Positions 19,681 to 28,622 are shown, numbered from the stretch's first letter. The stretch is DNA of 53,579 nt from Candidatus Bathyarchaeia archaeon (GCA_046760805.1 JBHIEV010000003.1:1-53579), one strand, 5' to 3'. Translations and numbers: made by a program. The notes: generated by a model from the letters alone, not told the origin.

Positions 19681-19882
19681 TCTTTTTTCCTCCAGAATCT
19701 GTGGGGTTTGGCTCTGTTATCGTATCTTGATGAGGTAAACTAGAGTCGTAGTATGACGCCTTTAAGAATTCTGGTGAAGTCTGCCTCCGGCTAATCAAAG
19801 TGGGGATCAGAATTGGAGTGATGGAAATTGGCGGGGCATCCCTTCATCGACATAAATGAGTAGAGGGTGAGATTATTTATGT
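19681..19882 (-). promoter_or_regulatory. pheS promoter and ~170-nt leader with a 20-codon uORF (19791-19853)
   Basis: AAAAAC-ATAAATA promoter-like element; uORF MSMKGCPANFHHSNSDPHFD; GGAGG RBS at 19689-19693. Confidence 0.4.
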
Positions 19883-19916
19883 TTTTTCCATGTGATAAGC
19901 TGTCTATGAATAGTAG

Positions 19917-21020
19917 CTAAGGGACTTGCAGTATCTCTTTGGCTTTGTCGACATATTTGCGTCGTCTTTGTCTGTGCTCTTTAACGAAGTTCAGCACGAT
20001 CTGTTTTGTTTGATCCTTATGTTCGCCGCACAAGAGTTCTCCACTTTTGCAGTCATGATATGCCTTGATGATTTTGTTGTCATCCTCTACAAACTGGTAC
20101 ATGCAGAGTTCATATATTGGACAGATTTCGGGGATTCCACCAAGTTTGCGTTGTTCTTTGATGGTGGGTCTCCCGCCAGTGAACGCTTCTGAAATCTTCT
20201 TTGCGATTCCAGCTGGCTTTTCGTTCAGGGTGAAGTAGCTCATCGGGTCTCGTTTGCTCATCTTCGGGGAACCGTCTAAGCCCTTCATGATCTTGTGGAG
20301 GGTTGAGGATGGAGGGACGAAGTTATATTTGCGTCGAAACCTGTTCGCAAGGTCTCTAGTGAACCGCATGTGGGGGTCCTGATCTACGCCTACCGGTACG
20401 ACTGTTGGCTTTGGGCCGTTGAAGTCTTTCAGTTGTGGCATGAGTATGTCTCCAGCTTGTATGAGGGCTGAGAGGTAGAGTCCGATGTGGCGTTCACCGT
20501 AGATGGCGGTCATGGTGGCTAGAGTTGCTCCTCTCCCGAAGATTATGGCTAGGTCCTTGACTCGCTCCTCTCTGGATTGCCGATAAATATAGCCTTTTTT
20601 AGGGTCGAATCCAAGAGCAAGCAGATCGGCAACATTTCCCACAGCGAATCTCTCACTCCTCTCGAAGGGAATCTTGTTGTCTTCGTAGGCTTCTACGTCT
20701 GCGATGCAATAGAAGGCAGTTGCTCCTTGCTTCTGAAAGTAGATGACCTCACGGGCGGTCATCAGGGTGCCTAGATGGAACTCCCCAGTTGGTTTTATGC
20801 CGCTCATGACAGCAAAATCTTCACGCTCTTTCATAGCGTCTAGAATAAGCTCGAAGTCTCTGTGCCCAAAGACCACGTTCCGTCTCATATACATGCTGGG
20901 TTTGGACATCTTATCGAGAAGAGGTTTGAAAGGTTCAATGCCGAACTCCTCATAAAGGTGCTCGTAGTCTTCAACAAGGGTCGTCCCGAAGGGATCGAGC
21001 AAAGTCTTCTTTTCAGACAA
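19917..21020 (-). CDS. trpS: Tryptophan-tRNA ligase
   Basis: SGIKPTGEFHLG (HIGH-like), VGVDQDPH, KMSK; TTG start with GGAGG. Confidence 0.96.
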   Translation of the reverse strand: MSEKKTLLDPFGTTLVEDYEHLYEEFGIEPFKPLLDKMSKPSMYMRRNVVFGHRDFELILDAMKEREDFAVMSGIKPTGEFHLGTLMTAREVIYFQKQGATAFYCIADVEAYEDNKIPFERSERFAVGNVADLLALGFDPKKGYIYRQSREERVKDLAIIFGRGATLATMTAIYGERHIGLYLSALIQAGDILMPQLKDFNGPKPTVVPVGVDQDPHMRFTRDLANRFRRKYNFVPPSSTLHKIMKGLDGSPKMSKRDPMSYFTLNEKPAGIAKKISEAFTGGRPTIKEQRKLGGIPEICPIYELCMYQFVEDDNKIIKAYHDCKSGELLCGEHKDQTKQIVLNFVKEHRQRRRKYVDKAKEILQVP

Positions 21021-21182
21021 ATCTCAGCATCCTCCATGGCGTGAAACTGGTTTCGGGGATATCGGCAGTTGCTTCAGATAAGATTTCCTAAGGGAAACTA
21101 CAGAAGTAGGCGATCCTAGTAGGGTTAAGGCCATCCCAACGGCTTTCACCTTCTGCAACGTAATTACAGGCACATACTTAAA
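21021..21182 (-). promoter_or_regulatory. trpS promoter and ~135-nt structured leader
   Basis: AAGAAAG-TTTAAGTA (21175-21182); GCAGAAG/CTTCTGT stem enclosing two hairpins, then TTTCC/GGAAA hairpin. Confidence 0.5.
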
Positions 21183-21266
21183 CTTTCTTCGAGGCTGCAT
21201 TTCTTGAGAAAGGGCTAATAAACGAGTCGTCGATTATAGGATGAACTAAAACGGAGGCGATACTAA

Positions 21267-21860
21267 TTGGAACCTAGAAAAATTAAGGTTGACCTGTCTT
21301 CTGCCTACAGACTGCTATATCCGAGACAAGTTGTACTCGTGACCTGTGCAGACAAAACGGGGAAGACGAACATCATAACTCTCGCATGGTCTATGCCCGT
21401 TTCTATTAACCCGACAATGGTCCTTGTGAGCATTGCTCCCAAAAGATATTCATACGAACTTATCGAGGAGACTGGGGAATTTGTTGTTAACATACCAACT
21501 ATGGACATGGTTAAAGAGACTCTACTCTGCGGGAGAAGGACAGGAAGAGAACACGACAAGTTCGAGGAAGCAGGCTTCACTCCTCTGCCAGCCAAGACCA
21601 TCAAGCCACAGATCATCAAAGAGTGTGTAGCACATCTTGAGTGCAGACTGCATCAGCAAATAACCACAGGAGACCACACACTTTTCATAGGCGATGTTCT
21701 AGCCGCATACGCCAATGAGGGAACTTTCGTCAAAAAATACGACTTACATAAGGTGAAACCCATCTATCACTTTGGAGGCGACGACTTCACAACTATCAGT
21801 CATGAAATAGTCACGCCTCGCCTTCGAAGACCTAGGTCTGCTTCGCAACGTGACAAATAA
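21267..21860 (+). CDS. Flavin reductase family protein
   Basis: NIITLAW, GEFVVNIP, HLECRL, GDHTLFIG. Confidence 0.92.
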   Translation: MEPRKIKVDLSSAYRLLYPRQVVLVTCADKTGKTNIITLAWSMPVSINPTMVLVSIAPKRYSYELIEETGEFVVNIPTMDMVKETLLCGRRTGREHDKFEEAGFTPLPAKTIKPQIIKECVAHLECRLHQQITTGDHTLFIGDVLAAYANEGTFVKKYDLHKVKPIYHFGGDDFTTISHEIVTPRLRRPRSASQRDK

Positions 21861-21893
21861 GATTACACATTGATGGATTGTGGGAGAGGGGAA

Positions 21894-22796
21894 ATGGCGC
21901 TTTCTGAAGGGGCTCTCCAAAAACACAAGCGAGCTGGAAGAATAGCTGCAGAGGTTCGGGAAGAGATGAGAAGGGTCGTCCGTGAAGGCATGTTGGTCAT
22001 TGATATATGTGAGAAGGTTGAAAACCTGATTCGAGAGAAGGGAGGCAAACCTGCCTTCCCCTGCAATGTCTCCGTCAACGAAATTGCTGCGCATTATAGT
22101 TCTCCACCCGAAGACAGACGAATTATTCCTGAAGGTTCGCTCGTCAAGATAGACGTAGGCGCTCATGTGGACGGCTATATAGCGGACACTGCCGTAACAG
22201 TCTGTTTTAACCCCGAATATAAGAGTCTCGTGCATACTGCAGAGGAGGCCCTTGAGAAGGCAGTCGAAGCGCTTCACCCAGGGTTGCTTACAGCGAAGTT
22301 CGGCTCCATGATTGAAGGAGCAGTCAAAGCCCGCGGGTTCAAGGTCGTATCAAATCTCACAGGGCATAAGATCGGACGATACTTGATCCACGCAGGGAAG
22401 TCTCTTCCCAACGTCTTTCACATATCCATGTCGAGAGTGAAGTTGGGTGAGATCTATGGAGTTGAACCTTTCGTGACCCTTGCAGATGCAGCTGGCAGGG
22501 TTGAGAACAGTCCAGAAGCATACATCTTCCGTTTTTTGAAGCGCAAGTCCCTAAGGAATCCCTATGCTAAACGAATGCTCAACTACATCCAAAAGAACTT
22601 CAGCAGTCTTCCCTTTACAGAGCGGTGGCTTCAGGACTCTGTACCACAAGAACACTATAGAACCGCTTTCTCGGAACTCCTTTCCTCGAAGACTCTGATG
22701 GCTTATCCCGTGTTTGTGGAGGAGAGTGGAAAACCAGTGGCGCAGGCAGAACATACAGTTTTAATAGTGGAAGACGGTTGCGTGGTGCTAACTTAA
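21894..22796 (+). CDS. map: Methionine aminopeptidase type II
   Basis: AFPCN, AAHY, KIDVGAHVDGYIADTA, NLTGH, AQAEHT; start re-set to ATG 21894. Confidence 0.96.
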   Translation: MALSEGALQKHKRAGRIAAEVREEMRRVVREGMLVIDICEKVENLIREKGGKPAFPCNVSVNEIAAHYSSPPEDRRIIPEGSLVKIDVGAHVDGYIADTAVTVCFNPEYKSLVHTAEEALEKAVEALHPGLLTAKFGSMIEGAVKARGFKVVSNLTGHKIGRYLIHAGKSLPNVFHISMSRVKLGEIYGVEPFVTLADAAGRVENSPEAYIFRFLKRKSLRNPYAKRMLNYIQKNFSSLPFTERWLQDSVPQEHYRTAFSELLSSKTLMAYPVFVEESGKPVAQAEHTVLIVEDGCVVLT

Positions 22797-23188
22797 CTAG
22801 TCTCTTTCTCTTCAGGCTCGCGATATATTGAGGCGATCATCATCTTCTCTTTGCATTTGGGGCAGTCATCAACATCTTCTTTGAAGATATAGTCTCCACG
22901 CTCAAACTCTCTGATGTTTTTGAAGCCGCATTTTGGACAGAGCATCGTCGTGGCTATCTGATATGGTCTGAAGATCAGTCTCTGAGTTTTTCTTCTCGTC
23001 TGTAAAAGCATGTATGCTGACAAGGCGAACCCTGAAAAACCTATTAGCAAAAGTACGCTTCCGTCTCTCCCGCCCACATACGCTTCAATTCCGTAGTAGA
23101 ACGCGACAGCTGACAAAGCAAGAAATATGACGACTATAGCGATGAGAAGTGAGGAGCCCCTTCTTGCTATATCCCCTTGTTCGTCCAT
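22793..23188 (-). CDS. Two-TM protein with C-terminal zinc ribbon
   Basis: Two TM helices then CPKC..FERGDYIFK..CPKC; co-oriented with DUF1512 gene. Confidence 0.75.
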   Translation of the reverse strand: MDEQGDIARRGSSLLIAIVVIFLALSAVAFYYGIEAYVGGRDGSVLLLIGFSGFALSAYMLLQTRRKTQRLIFRPYQIATTMLCPKCGFKNIREFERGDYIFKEDVDDCPKCKEKMMIASIYREPEEKETS

Positions 23189-23197
23189 CTGTATCAC

Positions 23198-24316
23198 CTA
23201 CTGCCCTATTCCTATGGTGTTTCCTATGCCAGCTATTATGACGGAGTCACCCTTCTTTGTTCTCTCCAGAAGCAGTCTTTTGATTCTTGCGATGGCGGTC
23301 TCCGCGGCCTCAAATATCTCCTTTCGCATGGGAGAGACAGCATCCCCTATATCCTCCTTAATAATGACGGCGTTAACTGGGATCTTGTACTTGAGCACTG
23401 CCTCCTCTACTTTGTATCTTTCTACCCCTGGCCCGCCGATCGCAACTCCAACTCCCTCAGCGACTTCTCCAGGCTTCTCTCCCTCAAGCTTTTGTGCGGC
23501 GTCTATTGCAATTATGGTGGAGATCTTCCCTTCCTTTTCTTCTATGATCTGTTTCATAGCCTCTCCTGGCTTGCCTACATTTCCGCCTGGGCCCTCTGCT
23601 TTCAGGATGTATGCTGTTCGGCCTTCTATCGGCACTTTGGCCATAACTATGTCTTTGGCGATTTTCCTTTTCTTGTGTTTGTTCATGAGTTTGGCGGCGA
23701 CTAGTGCGCCTGCTCCGTCGCCAATTGGTTGGCCATGTGTGAAGGCTCTCAGGGCGCTTGCGTAGGCCTTCGCCTCTCGCATTATTAAGGGTAGAATCAT
23801 CTGGATCTGCATGATGATGTAGAGGCTTAGGGTTTTTTTGCCTAACTCGTAGAAGTGTCTTATTACCTTGTAGATGATGTTCAAGGCAAGAGCGGCCTCA
23901 AGCGTGTTCTCTAGGTTTCTCGTCTGGCTTTCATCCGCTTGAGGAGCCATAAGCTTTACTTCATCTTTAAAACGGACATCCCGTACATCCAGTATGTGCT
24001 CTAGCTTCCAAACTACTCCCGAAGGATCCATGGTCTCAGGGGGGAAGGTTACATATTCCAAGAAGCGGTCGACCTGTTCGGTTGGATCGCTTTGAGGTTG
24101 TCCTATCTCCTTTATTGTTGATATGGCCATCTTTCGCCCTTCGTCTCTAATGAGTTTGAGGCGAAGCAGAGAATTCTGTACTTCCCTGAGCATGACCCAA
24201 AGCTGAAATCTTTGCCCATAGAACATGAAGACAACGAAGGAGAGGAGCCACACTATCTGAAGAATCCATCCGATAACACTGTCTCCTCCCAACTGAGAAA
24301 CTTGCGGAATCATCAT
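23198..24316 (-). CDS. DUF1512 family protein
   Basis: PIGDGAG, KAEGPGGNVG, IDAAQKLEGE, GIGNTIGIGQ; start re-set to ATG 24316 because the ORF-track extension runs through 5S rRNA. Confidence 0.85.
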   Translation of the reverse strand: MMIPQVSQLGGDSVIGWILQIVWLLSFVVFMFYGQRFQLWVMLREVQNSLLRLKLIRDEGRKMAISTIKEIGQPQSDPTEQVDRFLEYVTFPPETMDPSGVVWKLEHILDVRDVRFKDEVKLMAPQADESQTRNLENTLEAALALNIIYKVIRHFYELGKKTLSLYIIMQIQMILPLIMREAKAYASALRAFTHGQPIGDGAGALVAAKLMNKHKKRKIAKDIVMAKVPIEGRTAYILKAEGPGGNVGKPGEAMKQIIEEKEGKISTIIAIDAAQKLEGEKPGEVAEGVGVAIGGPGVERYKVEEAVLKYKIPVNAVIIKEDIGDAVSPMRKEIFEAAETAIARIKRLLLERTKKGDSVIIAGIGNTIGIGQ

Positions 24317-24394
24317 ATAATCCTCTTCTAGGAAATCACACCACACAGTTAGTAATAAGTTTTCAGTATTTCTGCTCTGTGAGTGGAGAAGTGA

Positions 24395-24515
24395 GGCTGC
24401 CAGCTTTCCCGGCTTCGCATGGCCGAAGACCACACTAACACCGGAAACGGAGCGCGGTTTAACTTCCGAGTTCGGAAAGGGTTCGGGTGGGTCCCGCGCC
24501 CTTTGGCCGGCAACC
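24395..24515 (-). rRNA. rrf: 5S rRNA (unlinked)
   Basis: 121 nt; terminal helix GGTTGCCGGC/GCTGGCAGCC; CCGAAC..CCGAACTCGGAAGTTAA, TAGT/GCGAA loop E. Confidence 0.96.
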
Positions 24516-24681
24516 ACAATAGTTTGCTGAAGCTTTATTCATTAAGTTTTCGCTTGATACTTACCGAAAGCATGTTTGGATCTCACCAACTCTTATTACA
24601 GAGCTAGACCTATGACTGCTGACACGCCCAAAACCAAGGCAAGAAACCTATATATCCTGAGCCTGTAAATCTTCCGTTAGA

Positions 24682-24876
24682 GGGGCCGTAGTCTAGCCAC
24701 GGCAAGTCAAACGACGAGCCGCTAGAAAGGGTATGACGACGGGCTCCAGAATGGAACTGACGGGTTTGCTGACCCAGCGGGAATGAAGAGCTTCTGGAGC
24801 GGTGAAGAAACCCGTAGGAGCAGATATGTGCTGTTCCGGGTAGAGGTCGTCGGTTCAAATCCGGCCGGCCCCACCA
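24682..24876 (+). tRNA. tRNA-Trp(CCA) with three introns (~24700-24727 D-loop, 24750-24809 at 37/38, 24816-24843 at 43/44)
   Basis: Acceptor GGGGCCG/CGGCCCC+ACCA; arm ACGGG-CTCCAG|A-CCCGT; TTCAAAT loop; removing the three segments gives a 79-nt cloverleaf. Confidence 0.9.
24750..24809 (+). ncRNA. Intron-encoded box C/D guide RNA for tRNA-Trp Cm34 and Cm39
   Basis: Guide ACGGGTTT-G-CTGA (D') and TTCTGGAGC-G-GTGA (D), C' ATGAAGA; the D+5 rule lands on C39 and C34. Confidence 0.8.
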
Positions 24877-24900
24877 AAAGTTTCGAAACAAATCCATACT

Positions 24901-25788
24901 TCACGTAAGCGATTGAATTATCTCTTTTGAAACTCTCAACCTTGCCGTCCTTTGTGGATCCACCATCTGGCTCACCTTTGCATCGCCAACAGCACTTGTG
25001 AGCATATAGGCTTCTTCGAAAGAGATTTTCAATACCTTTGATATTGTGCCCACCATATCCTCTACAGCTAATTTGACTGCGTCTTCAAGGTTTTCTCCGC
25101 TCGCTACAGTCATAAACGAGTCCTTTGTCTCGATAATCGGACGCCTTATCGGGAAAGCCTTTACCACATCAACTTTCACGGTAACAGTTGCCGCTATTTC
25201 GATACCGGTCCCACAAGCCTCACCGTCGCCCATGACTGCGTGTACATCCCCCATTGCAAGAAGTGCCCCGTTGACAAACACTGGAAGGTAGACCTTTGCG
25301 CCTGGGGCGATGTCTTTTGTGTCCATGTTTCCACCGTGGTCTCCTGGAGTTCCACATGGAATAGGATCCGCGGCGGGTGCAACTCCTATCACTCCAATCA
25401 TGGGTCTTATGGGCAGTGCAATGTATTCGGAGAATACTGCCTTGTTTCCTACTATCGGAACAATCTTTGTTGTGGGCAGAGTGACCTTATCTCCAAGTAT
25501 CCCGAGGCCTGGAACAGCTAGCATTATCCCTTTCTTGCCTATATTTATGTCCTCGATCTCAACGACTAGTGCATCGCCTGGACAGGCGGTTTTCACATAT
25601 ATGGGACCTGTTGCAGGATTAACCTTTGTAAAATCGATGCTCTTCATAGTGTCTCTCTCGCTCTTTATTTGGCCCCCAAGAGCATCAAGTGTGTCAAACA
25701 CTACCCTTTCACCAGAATCAACTTCAAGTACGGGGTTATTCTTTTTAGAAAATTCATAAATGACATGAGTATTGAAGATTTTTTTCAT
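24901..25788 (-). CDS. Acetamidase/formamidase family protein
   Basis: NPATGPIYV, HGGNMD, GDVHAVMGDGEACGTGIE. Confidence 0.92.
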   Translation of the reverse strand: MKKIFNTHVIYEFSKKNNPVLEVDSGERVVFDTLDALGGQIKSERDTMKSIDFTKVNPATGPIYVKTACPGDALVVEIEDINIGKKGIMLAVPGLGILGDKVTLPTTKIVPIVGNKAVFSEYIALPIRPMIGVIGVAPAADPIPCGTPGDHGGNMDTKDIAPGAKVYLPVFVNGALLAMGDVHAVMGDGEACGTGIEIAATVTVKVDVVKAFPIRRPIIETKDSFMTVASGENLEDAVKLAVEDMVGTISKVLKISFEEAYMLTSAVGDAKVSQMVDPQRTARLRVSKEIIQSLT

Positions 25789-25869
25789 ACGAAGCCGCCT
25801 GTCCTGAAAATTCTCATCAATGCTCGAGACCTATAGCATTTCTCACATAATTGTTAAGTTAGCCCCACT

Positions 25870-26970
25870 CTACTTGTATATCTTTACAGGTCTTCCAAGA
25901 ATCTCTTCATCAAGTCGAGTTAAGCCTAGTCCAGGCTTTTCTGGTGGGATGCGTCTGGAAGCTTCTAGTTCTGCTCCTCCCTCTGAGACCAGTTTGTCTT
26001 TGAGGAGGATGTCGGAATCAAGATCAGCGTATGCTATGTTTTTAACCGCAGCAGCCAGCTGCACTCCTGCGGTGATGCCTATGTTTGATTCTCCCATGCA
26101 ACCGATCATGCAGGGGACTTTGGCAGCCTCGGCGACACTTGCGATTTTCTTAGCTTTGTGTATTCCCCCGCTTTTCATCAGTTTGATGTTGATCAGGTCT
26201 ACGGCTTCTTCTCTTGCGAGGGTAAGGGCGTCTTCTGGGCTGTGAACGCTCTCGTCAGCCATCACAGGAATCGAAGTCTTTCTTCTTATCTCGGCTAAGC
26301 CTTTGATATCTTCTGCAAGTACGGGTTGCTCCGCAAACTCTATGTCAAATTGTTCAAGTTTCTTCAAGATTTCGATGGCTTGGCTCACGGTCCAGCCTTG
26401 ATTAGCGTCGATTCTTATAGCTACATCTGAGCCAATAGCTTCTCTTATCTCTCGCACTCTCTCGAAGTCTTCGTCTGGGTCAACCCCTACTTTCACTTTT
26501 AAAGCCTTGAACCCTTGTCGAACAGCCCTAACCGCGTCCTCAGCCATCTCCTCCGGCTTCTTGATGCTGAGTGTAAGGTCGGTCAGGACGGCTTCGCGGA
26601 AGCCTCCGAGCAGTTTGAAGAGGGGTGTCTCTGCTATTTTTCCCATTACGTCGTGTAGTGCTAGGTCTATGGCTGCCTTGGCACTTGGATTCTCTGCGAC
26701 TTTCTGATCCATTTCTTCAACGATTCGCTCAATTCTCAGGGGGTTCATTCCGATCAGGTGTGGGGCGATCTTGTCCAAGGCTTCTAAAACAGTCTGGGGA
26801 GTTTCGTGTGTCACTCTTTTAGACGGAGAAGATTCACTTATTCCCACGATTGAGTCAGTGATTACCTTTACTACTATGTTGTGGCTTTCGAAGCTTGTCG
26901 ATGGGGCAATTCTGAAAGGTTCATGATAGCGAAGCTTGACCGAGTAAGTCTCTATCTGCTGAATTCTCAA
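25870..26970 (-). CDS. Dipeptide (L-Ala-D/L-Glu-type) epimerase, enolase superfamily
   Basis: KVKVG, DANQGW, EQP, DES, NIKLMKSGG, GCMGES, DLD motif. Confidence 0.9.
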   Translation of the reverse strand: MRIQQIETYSVKLRYHEPFRIAPSTSFESHNIVVKVITDSIVGISESSPSKRVTHETPQTVLEALDKIAPHLIGMNPLRIERIVEEMDQKVAENPSAKAAIDLALHDVMGKIAETPLFKLLGGFREAVLTDLTLSIKKPEEMAEDAVRAVRQGFKALKVKVGVDPDEDFERVREIREAIGSDVAIRIDANQGWTVSQAIEILKKLEQFDIEFAEQPVLAEDIKGLAEIRRKTSIPVMADESVHSPEDALTLAREEAVDLINIKLMKSGGIHKAKKIASVAEAAKVPCMIGCMGESNIGITAGVQLAAAVKNIAYADLDSDILLKDKLVSEGGAELEASRRIPPEKPGLGLTRLDEEILGRPVKIYK

Positions 26971-27114
26971 TCATTAAACCTCATATAATCGTTGATTTGG
27001 GGTATGAAAAGATTATCCAAAAGACTTGCGCTTGAGATTTGGCTTGCCATCATGACTTCAATCAGGCTTGCATACGCCAGAGCCATCAACTGGCTCTGTT
27101 TTCAGGTTTGCCTC

Positions 27115-27243
27115 TTAGGGTTGAGTTGTGGTTGCTTCTCGTGCATCTTCTGCCATCGCTACGCCCAGTACACCTAGAAATGCGAGTGCTCCACAAGCCA
27201 GGGAAATAGCCATACTCGTAAAGATCGCTGATGTTACGCCCAT
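27115..27243 (-). CDS. Possible 42-aa single-TM peptide
   Basis: MGVTSAIFTSMAISLACGALAFLGVLGVAMAEDAREATTTQP; one hydrophobic helix. Confidence 0.35.
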   Translation of the reverse strand: MGVTSAIFTSMAISLACGALAFLGVLGVAMAEDAREATTTQP

Positions 27244-27296
27244 TTCAAACAAGACTGATTTAGTTCACATTCACCAAAATACGTTAACTTATGAGC

Positions 27297-27350
27297 AAGG
27301 CTTCCCTTTTCTGACGGAGTGATATCTCAATCGTGAAAAAGGAAGCCCTT
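27297..27350 (-). other. Long inverted repeat / hairpin
   Basis: GGCTTCCTTTTTC...GAAAAGGGAAGCC on the minus strand with inner ACG/CGT and GAG/CTC pairs. Confidence 0.45.
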
Positions 27351-27643
27351 TATGGAAAAAATCGTAATCGAAAAATGCGCGCTCAACGGGAGTGATCATA
27401 TTTGGATCCTAATAAAGGACCTATGTTGAAAACGAGCTTTTTTCCAAAAGTCGAGAAATTAGGCAAGCAGTTCAACGGTACAACCCAGATGCTCGGCAGC
27501 TATGTCTTGGCTGAGTGGGAGGACCTGGCTGAGATCGCCGCTGAAAAGGCGAGAGAGACCACTAGAAAATGTGAAGCCAAGATAAAGCAGAGGTGGATAA
27601 GGCTTCTCGTCTATCTGGATTCTTTGAAGGAAGAAAGTGTGAA

Positions 27644-27987
27644 CTATTCCTCAAAATCCTTCAGGATCTTATCGAACCAAGGTTTTAGATTGGGAATATC
27701 CTCTTTAATGGTCTTCCAGACTCTCCTTAGATCAACTCCAAAATATTCATGGATTAGTTTGTCTCTCATGCCAGCCATATCTCTCCAAGGTATCTGGGGA
27801 TAGCGTTTCCTCACAGAGTCTGGTATCTTTTTCACTGCCTCTCCAATAATTTCTATGGCTCTTATAACCGCGTAGATGGTCTTTCTATCCTTAACAAAAT
27901 CATCGTAGCCCATTTGGTCTATGAAGTCATGGCGTCAGTCATAGCTTGCGATACATCTTCTATGTAGTCCAAAAATTCCTTTTTCAT
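27644..27987 (-). pseudogene. HEPN/DUF86 (HepT-like) toxin, frameshifted
   Basis: ATG 27987 overlaps MNT stop; MKKEFLDYIED then frameshift near 27925; [14 protein letters not shown] (Rx4H). Confidence 0.85.
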
Positions 27988-28283
27988 ACCTTTACAACTT
28001 CTTCCAAGATGCGTTTACCAATCCTCGGCTTTAGGGTGCTTTTTTCAACCAAATCTACTTTAACCCCTAAGACATCACTCAGATAATTCTCCAATCCAAC
28101 AAATTCTAAAAGACTCAGAGCTGATGACTCTTCGAACTCAACCAAAACATCGAGGTCGCTTCCCTCTTTTTCTCTACCTCTTATGTAGGACCCGAAGATG
28201 CCGATACTTTTCACTTTGGATTTTTCTTTTAGCGTTGGCTTCAACTCTTCCAGTTTTTTCCTTATTTCATCTATTTTTTTCAT
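27984..28283 (-). CDS. Minimal nucleotidyltransferase antitoxin (MntA-like)
   Basis: IFGSYIRG..SDLDVLVEF, KVDLVE. Confidence 0.92.
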   Translation of the reverse strand: MKKIDEIRKKLEELKPTLKEKSKVKSIGIFGSYIRGREKEGSDLDVLVEFEESSALSLLEFVGLENYLSDVLGVKVDLVEKSTLKPRIGKRILEEVVKV

Positions 28284-28319
28284 ATGGCTATCTTCTCAGG
28301 CTTTTGATATCTTTGGCCT

Positions 28320-28622
28320 TCATATAATTGTTTTCTCAAACTCAAGCCTCTCTCTCATAAAATTCTCTGAGACTTGGAATTCCTCAGATAATACTGGAAT
28401 GGGGTCTGGGGAGTCCTTAACCCATTCCTCTTTCAAGATTCTGTTTAACTTCTCTTCGGGGATCAGGAGGTAAGCTGCGGATATTTCTCCTTCCATTTCT
28501 TTTCGCCAACTTGCATGCATCATTTTCGAAATCATCTCTTTCTTGATTTCTTCATTCGCCTTTTCAGCGCTTTCCTCAACCTGAGAAACGACGATAATGG
28601 CTTTCTTACCCATCATGATCAC
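28320..28622 (-). pseudogene. Probable chimeric remnant ending in an ImmA/IrrE-like C-terminus
   Basis: C-half AAYLLIPEE..LSEEFQVSENFMRERL resembles IrrE/DUF955 C-terminus; no HExxH. Confidence 0.45.

Noticed and set aside
24317-24517. N-terminal extension of the 439-aa ORF
   Set aside because: It is the 5S rRNA gene and spacer read in frame
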